Shown: positions 30,910-38,580 of the stretch, in pieces
How positions within the stretch are numbered: position 1 is the stretch's first letter
How the letters are laid out: every line of letters begins with the position of its first letter
From: an uncultured Elusimicrobia bacterium
GTDB taxonomy: Bacteria; Elusimicrobiota; Elusimicrobia; 2-02-FULL-39-32
Assembly: GCA_964523525.1 (NCBI GenBank)
Contig: CAZFYO010000003.1
Coordinates: forward strand, 92,911-156,910
Direction of reading: 5' to 3'
DNA length: 64,000 nt
Made by a program: the position numbers and the translations under genes
The notes under the pieces: model-generated
Database searches by the model: none
Told to the model about the DNA's origin: nothing
What the model saw: only the letters and a program-made list of their open reading frames with translations

Positions 30910-31767
30910 TTATGTGTGGATCCGCGCGGCGCGCGTGACGAAGGTCTTTCCCCGCGGTTCGACCATCAGCAGATGGCCGTTGGGGACGTCGCGCCAGGCT
31001 CGGGCTCCTGACCGGTCCATCGGCTCGGAAGCGAACGCGACGGCGCCTTTTGACTTATTGTAACACATTTGGAAGTAGGGCCTTTTCGGCCAGCAGAAGG
31101 AACGGGCCTTGGATGGAAAATAGCTGCATTGCGCCGCCAGCATCTTTCCATCCGTGACAATGACGTTCAATCCCTCCGCAAAACTCCGGTACTTCCGCCT
31201 GGACTTGGGAATAGAGTCCCATACCTTTTTCATTTGTCTCCGCGCTTCAATAAAGATGCGCGGCCAATCCGTCTTGACGCCCTTTTTAGCGTGTTCTTCC
31301 CAAATTTTGACGATCAGCAGGAACAAAACCTCGCTGTCGTTGTTGCCGGTGCGGTATTTTTTGAAACGTCCCAGAGTTTTGGCGACTTCATTCGGTATGT
31401 TCAGCGTCCCATTATGGATAAAGGTCAGGTTTTTATATCGAAAGGGCTGGGTGTGCTTGCGCCCGATCAGTTTGCGATGGGGAAGCTTGTCGGGATTGGA
31501 GGCATAGCGGATATGGGCGAGGATCGCGACTGGTTTTATATCCGCCACCTGCTTTTTGAAGAGGGCCTTTTCCCTAAAGACGGGTTTGCAGGACTTGAAC
31601 GTCCGCCAATCAGCTTCACTGCCTTCCTTATATGTGATGCCCCAACCATCCTTTTGCCGCGATTTGGGGTTCCAATCGCTTTGCTTCAGAAGGGAGAAGG
31701 GCGCGTCGAGCAGGTAACGGGATGGATTGCGCGGCGCGACGGAAATCTGGGCGAAAAGCCGGCACAT
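30910..31767 (-). CDS. Class II (Ntn-type) glutamine amidotransferase-like protein (YafJ-like)
   Basis: Cys at position 2 (MCRLFA…), typical of Ntn amidotransferases; 285 aa. Confidence 0.6.
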   Translation of the reverse strand: MCRLFAQISVAPRNPSRYLLDAPFSLLKQSDWNPKSRQKDGWGITYKEGSEADWRTFKSCKPVFREKALFKKQVADIKPVAILAHIRYASNPDKLPHRKLIGRKHTQPFRYKNLTFIHNGTLNIPNEVAKTLGRFKKYRTGNNDSEVLFLLIVKIWEEHAKKGVKTDWPRIFIEARRQMKKVWDSIPKSRRKYRSFAEGLNVIVTDGKMLAAQCSYFPSKARSFCWPKRPYFQMCYNKSKGAVAFASEPMDRSGARAWRDVPNGHLLMVEPRGKTFVTRAARIHT

Positions 31768-31826
31768 GTCGATGAAATCGTATCATAAATGAAATTGATT
31801 TTGTATGATGTGGCCGAGGCGCCGAC

Positions 31827-32228
31827 ATGACCAGCCCCAACACCAAGACTATTCTGATCGTAGATGACGACGAGTTCATCTGCCTCTTCATCAAAACCAT
31901 CCTTGAAAAAGACGGTTTCAACGTTGCCATCGCCTATAACGGCGAAGAGGCGCTGAAAACCATCGAAACCGCAAGCGTTGACCTGATTTTGCTCGACTGG
32001 ATGATGCCGGTCCTGAGCGGCTTCGACGTTCTTAAAAATTTACAGAACAACCAGGATAAAAGCAGGATCCCCGTGATGGTGGTGACGGCCAGCGTGACGG
32101 ACTCCGACACGGTTTCCTTTATTCGCAAGCAGATGAACGTCGTCGAGTTCATGCCCAAACCCATCGAACACGTCTACCTTTTGCAGCGCGTCCACGAAAC
32201 CTTGAAAACCCAGCCGGAGAAGGCCTGA
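31827..32228 (+). CDS. Stand-alone response-regulator receiver domain protein (CheY-like)
   Basis: Receiver motifs (ILIVDDDEF, LILLDWMMP, conserved Lys in MPKPI); first gene of a four-gene overlapping operon. Confidence 0.75.
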   Translation: MTSPNTKTILIVDDDEFICLFIKTILEKDGFNVAIAYNGEEALKTIETASVDLILLDWMMPVLSGFDVLKNLQNNQDKSRIPVMVVTASVTDSDTVSFIRKQMNVVEFMPKPIEHVYLLQRVHETLKTQPEKA

Positions 32229-32698
32229 TGGCCCTCAAAGATTCGCGCTGGGTGAAGAACGCCCTTTGGATCGCAAGTACCATTGCCATTCTTTACGGGA
32301 TGGTTTATGTTGATGTGATCCTGCGAGCGCGTGAATCCTACATGGAAGGCGAGAAGTATTGGCGCTGGAGCGAGCATCCGGAAGAAAAGTCGGCCGCCTT
32401 GGAGCAGGAGTTTAACAAGGAAAAGGCCGGGCTGGATGAAAAGCTGGCCAAAAACAAATTGACGAAAGACGAGTACGACCGCCGGCTGGAGATCGCGCAG
32501 TTTGACCGCGACCGCAGCCTGGACGAATCGTCCATCAAATACGCCTACGTCTGGTACAAGACCGCTTACGAGCTATTTTCTCCGCCCGAATCCAAATGGG
32601 TCCGGCTGTCCCGCGAAAAAGCCCCTCTCGCCAAGGAAAAGTGGCGCGAGGAACTGCGAGCCAGGAAAATTCCCTTCGAAGAATACATGTTGGATTAG
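32228..32698 (+). CDS. Hypothetical membrane-anchored protein
   Basis: ATG overlaps the preceding stop (ATGA-type coupling); one N-terminal TM helix then a charged coiled-coil-like region. Confidence 0.5.
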   Translation: MALKDSRWVKNALWIASTIAILYGMVYVDVILRARESYMEGEKYWRWSEHPEEKSAALEQEFNKEKAGLDEKLAKNKLTKDEYDRRLEIAQFDRDRSLDESSIKYAYVWYKTAYELFSPPESKWVRLSREKAPLAKEKWREELRARKIPFEEYMLD

Positions 32699-32701
32699 CG
32701 T

Positions 32702-34456
32702 TTGCGCGGACGCGCCGTTCTTCCGATTATTATCCTCCTTCCTCTCCTCTTACTCGCCGCAGCCGTCCGAATCCCGTACATTTACTATTGGGACGTTTTC
32801 TATAACGCCGATTACGCGTTGATGAACCTCGTGGGTTTGCACGCCATGCGGGGCGAGTTTTCCTTCTATCTTTGGGGTCAGAACTACCATGCGGCGGTCG
32901 AGCCCCTTTTGATGGCGCCGCTCTTCAGGATTTTCTCGCCCACGCCGATGGTGGCCGCCGTGATCCCCGCCGTTTTCTCGCTGCTCTTCCTGTTTTTGTA
33001 TCACCGCTATTTGACTCGCGTGACCGATACCTGGACCGCCGGGATTGCGACTCTGATTCTTTGCGTTCCCGCGCCCTTTTTTCTGTCCATCGCGTCGCGC
33101 AACGGAAATTACATCGAGATCTTGTGCCTGGGGATGATTCAGTTCCTGCTTTTTCAAAAGATCATGGAGGGCGACCGGCGTAAATCGCTTTTGCTTCTTT
33201 TCGGTCTGGCGGCGGGCTTTTCCTGGTTTTATCTGCGCCTCATCCTGATATTCTGGGCCGCGATGTTCCTGCATTGGCTTTCCCGGACGCTGGAGCCGCG
33301 CGACTATGACCGCGCCCGCCGGTTCGTAACGTCGCTTTCGCCTTCCATTTTCTGGAACCGCCTGATCTTGCTGCGGGGAGTGGAAGTTCATCCCTGGCTG
33401 CGCATCCCGCTTGCGGTACTCAACATCTATAACCTCGGGAATTTCCTGCTGTCTGCGATTCTCTGGTTTCACGGACCTTACATCCGGATGATCGGGTCCA
33501 CCAAACTGAGCCTGGATTTCTGGCCGCTGCTGGAATCTTCGATTAAGATGACGGTCGCGGCGCTTTTCCTCGTCCATTGGCGCGCACTGCTCGACCGGGC
33601 CAAGGCGGCCTGGCGCGATCCCGTGCTCCGGATGCTTCCCATTGGATTTTTGATCGGCTATTCACCGGCGATCATCGGGATGTTTTTCGGCGAGTTTCCC
33701 GATTCGCGGAACGGGATCGCGAATGCGGCGGAGCTGATCCGCAACTTCAAGCTGGTCGGGGCGTCGCTCCTGCCGATGTTCGCCGGGGAGGGAACGATCT
33801 TGCCGCTCCGGCTGTTCGCCGTCGCCGCGTCGGGGCTGGCGCTGCTGTATTTTTTCCGCGAATTCTTTTCGTCCCTATCCGGCGTGATGGCGCTCGACCA
33901 GAAAACTCCCGACTATTTTCCTCTGCTCTGCCTGGGCGCGGTCACCTTTTTGCTGGGCATCAGCTATGACCGGCTCATCGATCCGTCGACTCTGCGCTAC
34001 TTTTTTCCGCTCTTTTTGTGTCTCCCGGTCGGCCTCGCCTGGATTTTGAAGCGCTTTCAACCGCTGCTGCGCTGGGGAATCTACGGTCTGCTGGCCCTAT
34101 TTCTAGCGAACAGTGTCGATGCGAACATGGAAGCGCTCCGCCGCCATGAAGATCCGCTCCCGCAGCAGGTTCTGGCGGACCGGCTGATCGAGCAGGGCGT
34201 GACGGGAGGTTATTCCAACTACTGGCTGGCCTATTATGTGACGTTCATCAGCCAGGAGAAGCTCATTTTGGTTTCAACGGAGGATCAGGATCGGTACGTG
34301 CCGCATTTGGAGTTTGTGCGAGGGTTGGAGCGTCCGGTATTTGTGGGGGAACCGCATCCGGGTTCCGGAACCGAAGTTACGATTAAAGGGACGCATTATC
34401 GTGTGACCCATTCTGAAACCATCGCCGGGACAGCGGTCGCTTATCTTGAGAAATGA
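32702..34456 (+). CDS. Large polytopic membrane protein (possible GT-C-like glycosyltransferase; function uncertain)
   Basis: 584 aa with more than ten hydrophobic helices and a large periplasmic-like C-terminal domain; the glycosyltransferase call is an architecture-based guess only. Confidence 0.6.
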   Translation: MRGRAVLPIIILLPLLLLAAAVRIPYIYYWDVFYNADYALMNLVGLHAMRGEFSFYLWGQNYHAAVEPLLMAPLFRIFSPTPMVAAVIPAVFSLLFLFLYHRYLTRVTDTWTAGIATLILCVPAPFFLSIASRNGNYIEILCLGMIQFLLFQKIMEGDRRKSLLLLFGLAAGFSWFYLRLILIFWAAMFLHWLSRTLEPRDYDRARRFVTSLSPSIFWNRLILLRGVEVHPWLRIPLAVLNIYNLGNFLLSAILWFHGPYIRMIGSTKLSLDFWPLLESSIKMTVAALFLVHWRALLDRAKAAWRDPVLRMLPIGFLIGYSPAIIGMFFGEFPDSRNGIANAAELIRNFKLVGASLLPMFAGEGTILPLRLFAVAASGLALLYFFREFFSSLSGVMALDQKTPDYFPLLCLGAVTFLLGISYDRLIDPSTLRYFFPLFLCLPVGLAWILKRFQPLLRWGIYGLLALFLANSVDANMEALRRHEDPLPQQVLADRLIEQGVTGGYSNYWLAYYVTFISQEKLILVSTEDQDRYVPHLEFVRGLERPVFVGEPHPGSGTEVTIKGTHYRVTHSETIAGTAVAYLEK

Positions 34457-35160
34457 AAAAGTTTACCTGGGGTCTCATCCTCCTGCCTTTTGGTCTCGCT
34501 ACTTTTTACGAATTGCCTGCGCTCCTATTCGTTTTGCGCGCGCAGGTGCCGCCCCTGATGTGGCTGGCCGGGGGAGCGGTCGCCTACTGCGCGTTTGAAG
34601 TCATTTTCAGCCGGCCGATGCGGACTTATGTTTTCGGCCACGAGCTGACGCACGCCATCGCCGGTCTCGCCGTCGGGAGCAAAATCCATTCGTTCAAGGT
34701 TTCGAAGAAGGGCGGCAGCGTCACCATGTCCAAATCCAATTTCGTGATCGCCCTGGCGCCCTATTGCGTTCCTCTTTACACGTTCGGCGCGCTCGCGCTT
34801 TATGCGGGGCTGAGCTATTTTTATCCGCTTCCCTATTTGTCAGAAGGCGCGCAGTTTCTGGTCGGCGCCACGCTCGCGTTTCACGTCTCGCTGACGCTGT
34901 ACGCAGTCCAGCAGCGCCAGCCCGACATCCACAAGACGGGACTGTTTTTCTCCGCGATTTTCATTCTGATGATCAACGCCTGGGTTCTCGTTGGCTTGGC
35001 CAAAATTCTGTTCTGGAACGACGTTTCCCTGCGGGATTTTGCGATGCGGACGCTCCGGACGCAGAACGAAATATGGGTCTGGTCCGCGCACCGCGCTTAT
35101 GAGGGCGTGATGTGGGGGTTCAGCTCGTTGAAGTCTTTGAAGGTTCCGTCGGCTCACTGA
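34453..35160 (+). CDS. Integral membrane protein with HExxH motif (putative intramembrane metalloprotease-like)
   Basis: HELTH motif at the edge of a TM helix (YVFGHELTHAIAGL); overlaps the upstream stop by 4 nt. Confidence 0.55.
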   Translation: MKKFTWGLILLPFGLATFYELPALLFVLRAQVPPLMWLAGGAVAYCAFEVIFSRPMRTYVFGHELTHAIAGLAVGSKIHSFKVSKKGGSVTMSKSNFVIALAPYCVPLYTFGALALYAGLSYFYPLPYLSEGAQFLVGATLAFHVSLTLYAVQQRQPDIHKTGLFFSAIFILMINAWVLVGLAKILFWNDVSLRDFAMRTLRTQNEIWVWSAHRAYEGVMWGFSSLKSLKVPSAH

Positions 35161-36101
35161 CCCTGGGCGGCGGGTTTTTTCCTGAAGCGGGTCGTGAGTT
35201 TTTGCCACAGGCCGGGTTTGACCGGAGCGGCGGGCACGGCGAGCGCGGACGGCGCCGGCGGGTTGAGAATTAATTTTTTATCCTGATAAGACATCAGTTC
35301 AGATACGCGCGATTCGCCGTTGGCCGTTCCCACCGAAGCTAAAACAAATCCTACATCCGGCGCGTAATATTCCAGCTTCCAGCTTTCATCTTCCGGCGCG
35401 TTCTGGATCCGCAGCTTGAGGCAATGCGTGAATTCTCCGGCCTGGATCGCCACGGTCTCGTCGTCGCCTTCGATTTTGAACAGCGTTTTCTTTCCGTCCC
35501 GGATTGTTTCCCATTGCTTCCCCGGCTCGATGGGAAACGAGAGGATCGCGGCGGCCGCGGCGGAGCCGAGCGGATACTCGTTGACCCCGTTGCCAGTTTT
35601 TTCGTAAATCCTTTCGAACGTGCTCACGATCCGGTCCCCGGCATAGATCGTCCGCTTCATCCTAAAGCGCCCGGCGGGCTGGGCCAGCGCTTCCAGCCGG
35701 TCTTCGGTCTGCATGTATTTCCCGCCGCTCTGCGAATCGCCCGTCCTGCGGACGAAATCCGGCTGCAACGGAAAATAGTCGGGGCAATGAGCGAGGGCTT
35801 TCTGGGCCAGGCCGGACCAGGACGTTCCGGGGTGCCGCGCGGAAACCTCGGCGTAAAACGCGCGCGCTTTGGGGTAATCGCGGAAGACGGTCCGGTAAAT
35901 CTCGGCGGAGCGGTACCGCGCCTCCGCTGCGCCGGAGGGATCCTGCGCGATCTTCTTTTCGTAAGAGGCGAGCGCCGATGGATATCGTCCCAGCCGCTCC
36001 ATCCGTTTCGCTTCGGCCAGAGAATCTTTCCCGCAGGCGGAAAATAACGGCAAAGCGCAGGATAAAAATACAAAAATCGCTAAAATTCGGGGGTTCATCA
36101 T
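35154..36101 (-). CDS. Lipoprotein with TPR-like N-terminal region
   Basis: Signal peptide with lipobox (LFSAC) then TPR-like repeats; 315 aa. Confidence 0.6.
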   Translation of the reverse strand: MMNPRILAIFVFLSCALPLFSACGKDSLAEAKRMERLGRYPSALASYEKKIAQDPSGAAEARYRSAEIYRTVFRDYPKARAFYAEVSARHPGTSWSGLAQKALAHCPDYFPLQPDFVRRTGDSQSGGKYMQTEDRLEALAQPAGRFRMKRTIYAGDRIVSTFERIYEKTGNGVNEYPLGSAAAAAILSFPIEPGKQWETIRDGKKTLFKIEGDDETVAIQAGEFTHCLKLRIQNAPEDESWKLEYYAPDVGFVLASVGTANGESRVSELMSYQDKKLILNPPAPSALAVPAAPVKPGLWQKLTTRFRKKPAAQGQ

Positions 36102-36244
36102 TCCATGTCCCTGGAAATCTCTTTTCGGACGGAGTCTTTGGATTTATTGCGGCGGTACAACTTGTCGCTTTCCTTAACTTTGGTGGCGGGTTTGGTCTTC
36201 CAGGTCCGGCGCACCTTGATGGCGCGCTTTTTGTTTCTTGGCAT
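36098..36244 (-). CDS. Candidate small basic protein (48 aa, MPRNKKRAIKVRRTWKTKPATKVKESDKLYRRNKSKDSVRKEISRDME)
   Basis: Not in the ORF track (below length cutoff). ATG at 36244; TGA overlaps the ATG of the downstream lipoprotein gene. Overlaps the 3' end of the VanZ-like ORF in another frame, so only one of the two readings can be fully correct. Confidence 0.25.
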   Translation of the reverse strand: MPRNKKRAIKVRRTWKTKPATKVKESDKLYRRNKSKDSVRKEISRDME

Positions 36245-36554
36245 TTCTTAGATCATAATAAAAACCGATCATGGCTCCAAGAGAATCGATGAACACGTCG
36301 CGGATGGTTCCCGTGCGGCCGAAAACGAAGGATTGGTGCCACTCGTCGCCGGCGGCGTAAAGGACGACAAGGACGAAGCTCAGGAGGAAATGCCAGCGCC
36401 AGAAATCCGGCCGGGTCTTTTGGACCGCTCCGTGGATCAGAACGAACAAAACGGCATACTCCAAAAGATGGGCGATCTTGCGGGCAACGAAATTGAGGGC
36501 GCCCAGCCAGCTGTCCAGTTCGCGGTAGGGCCCGTAGTCCGGCCGGGACGACAT
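36174..36554 (-). CDS. VanZ-family membrane protein
   Basis: VanZ-like hydrophobic core (…HLLEYAVLFVLIHGA…LYAAGDEWHQSFVFGRTGTIRDVFIDSLGAMIG); the C-terminal 20-25 codons overlap the small basic ORF and may be over-extended. Confidence 0.6.
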   Translation of the reverse strand: MSSRPDYGPYRELDSWLGALNFVARKIAHLLEYAVLFVLIHGAVQKTRPDFWRWHFLLSFVLVVLYAAGDEWHQSFVFGRTGTIRDVFIDSLGAMIGFYYDLRNAKKQKARHQGAPDLEDQTRHQS

Positions 36555-36622
36555 ATAAAATATCAGGCAGCACCAGGCGAGCGCCTTGATCCAGGCGATA
36601 AGGAGGTCCTGTTTCGGGGAGG

Positions 36623-37102
36623 TCAGTTGACGGCGGCGCGGCGCGCCTGGGGATTGAGGCGCCGCATGATTTTGGCTTTACGTTCTTCGGAGGTGGCGGG
36701 CCAGGCAAAATGTTCGGGAACATCGAGAGGAATCGTGATCGTCATGCCGGCCTCGAGGTGGTCGAAATCGCCGATCTTTTCCTCGTTGGCCTTCCAGATG
36801 TCGTACCAGCGGCGTCCCGCGCCGAAATGTTCCGGCATCTTGGCGATTTTCCAAAAAGTGTCGCCCTTTTGAACGGTGTAGTTGACGGGGACGGGCAGAG
36901 CCGCTTGCGCGGAGGGGGAAGCCGGCCGCGACGCGCTATCGGTCGAGGAGGCCACGGTTTCGGACTGACGCTGTTCTTCCATCCGCAGGGCTTCTTCCCT
37001 GAGCTTTATCTCTTTCTTCTTCTGCTTGAAATAATAATGGCCCGAAAACGCGAGCGCGCACATCAGGAAAAGTCCGAGCAGGTGCAGTTTTGTAATTCTC
37101 AT
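36623..37102 (-). CDS. LysM-domain protein, membrane-anchored
   Basis: N-terminal TM helix; LysM motif (YTVQKGDTFWKIAK…WKANEEKIGDFDHLEAGMTITIP). Confidence 0.7.
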   Translation of the reverse strand: MRITKLHLLGLFLMCALAFSGHYYFKQKKKEIKLREEALRMEEQRQSETVASSTDSASRPASPSAQAALPVPVNYTVQKGDTFWKIAKMPEHFGAGRRWYDIWKANEEKIGDFDHLEAGMTITIPLDVPEHFAWPATSEERKAKIMRRLNPQARRAAVN

Positions 37103-37132
37103 CTCTAAATTCTGTTTTCTCCGTGCCTCGGA

Positions 37133-38248
37133 TTATCTTACAACATTTTCCTTGGACAGTTTTTCGCTGACTTGAATTCCCATCCGGATGCTGTCCGCCA
37201 AACCCTTGAAAATGACGGCCACGATATAGATGATGAGGCCGACGAGCAGCGAACCGAAGACCGCGAAGATAAAATTTTGCGTGATGAAGCTGATGAACAC
37301 AACCACCGCCATGACGACGCCCGTGGTCGCGGAGAGCCAGGAAAGATACTGGAACGCGTTGGAAATGAGTTCCAGGCCGCGGAAGGGCGTGACGGTGATC
37401 TGATCGCGGGTCGCGGCCACCTGAAGCGCCGCGCCACAGGTCGCGCAGTACCAGGCGCGGAGGCCGTTTTCCGACTGGCAGTGGTCGCAGACCTTCTTGC
37501 TGCTTTCGCCGAGCTGTCGCCGTTTGAATATGTAGAGTTTTTCGGCGATGCCGAGCACGAACCATTGCAGAACGCCTACCACGCCGCCCGCGCAAAGCTC
37601 GAGGCTGCGTCCCACGGCCCAGGACAGGTTCTCGCGGCCGTGAATCTCGATCAGCATCGCGCCGTACATCTGCGCTCCCACTCCGCCGCCCAGCATCCCG
37701 CCGACGAGTCCGCCGATGGTTCCGGCCAGAATTTTGCTCTTCGTGCCTTCCAGGATGCCGCTGGTGAGCCCCAGCATCGCGCCGGCGATGCCCCAGGCGC
37801 CCGCCATGGAGAAAGAATAGCTGTAGAGATAACCGGTAAAAATTTGTTTGAAGTGCGGGTATGAAAGGCTGCCGAGAAGCCCGCCCAACGCGCCCAGGAT
37901 ACCGCCGAGAAAACATTTGTAGGTGGATCGCTCGATCATGCCGCCGACGGTGCCGATGAAACAGCCGGCGACCGCGGTGGAAAGGGGAATTTGTCCGGGA
38001 AAATAGTCCAGCGTGCGGGCGAAGGCGTCGGTGGAGACGCTTTCAAACTGCAGAGTGCGCGCGATGGCGATGGCGACCGTGCATCCGACCGCTCCCGCGG
38101 AGAATCCGCTGAGCGCGCGGCGCGCCACCCAGCCGAAATTACCGATGACCTTCGCGACCTGGATGCTGCGTTGGTTGATGGCGATGCCGCAATGCGTGCA
38201 ATGCGCCGGACGGTCTGCTAAGGACTCGCTGCAGCTAGGACAGATCAA
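37133..38248 (-). CDS. Membrane protein with two zinc-ribbon motifs and Gly-rich helices
   Basis: CPSC…CTHC at the N-terminus and CDHC…CATC internally, separated by Gly-rich hydrophobic segments; 371 aa. Confidence 0.6.
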   Translation of the reverse strand: MICPSCSESLADRPAHCTHCGIAINQRSIQVAKVIGNFGWVARRALSGFSAGAVGCTVAIAIARTLQFESVSTDAFARTLDYFPGQIPLSTAVAGCFIGTVGGMIERSTYKCFLGGILGALGGLLGSLSYPHFKQIFTGYLYSYSFSMAGAWGIAGAMLGLTSGILEGTKSKILAGTIGGLVGGMLGGGVGAQMYGAMLIEIHGRENLSWAVGRSLELCAGGVVGVLQWFVLGIAEKLYIFKRRQLGESSKKVCDHCQSENGLRAWYCATCGAALQVAATRDQITVTPFRGLELISNAFQYLSWLSATTGVVMAVVVFISFITQNFIFAVFGSLLVGLIIYIVAVIFKGLADSIRMGIQVSEKLSKENVVR

Positions 38249-38263
38249 TGGTTCGGCTGAAGA

Positions 38264-38527
38264 TCACTTCTTGCCGGCGGTTAAGGAAAGAATCTCGATG
38301 AGGGTGCAGACGGTGCGGAGGGTGGCGATGTGAATTTCGTCCGTCGGGGCTTCGTTGAAAATAGCCTGATTGATCTGGGAGGATTCCTGATCGAAGTTTC
38401 TGCGAAAATCCTTCAGGGATTTTGAGGAGTCGTCGTATTGCGCCCGGTTTTCTTCGACGCTTTTTTTAATCTGGTCCAAGATCGACGATAAATCCTTCCC
38501 GTTCATCGTTCCGTTGGAAGCTGCCAT
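38264..38527 (-). CDS. Hypothetical small protein (87 aa)
   Basis: ORF between the BatD-like gene and the zinc-ribbon membrane gene on the same strand; no family recognised. Confidence 0.4.
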   Translation of the reverse strand: MAASNGTMNGKDLSSILDQIKKSVEENRAQYDDSSKSLKDFRRNFDQESSQINQAIFNEAPTDEIHIATLRTVCTLIEILSLTAGKK

Positions 38528-38580
38528 GATTTGAATATATCAAATTCATTTTCTGTTATCAACGAAAAATGACGATTTGA

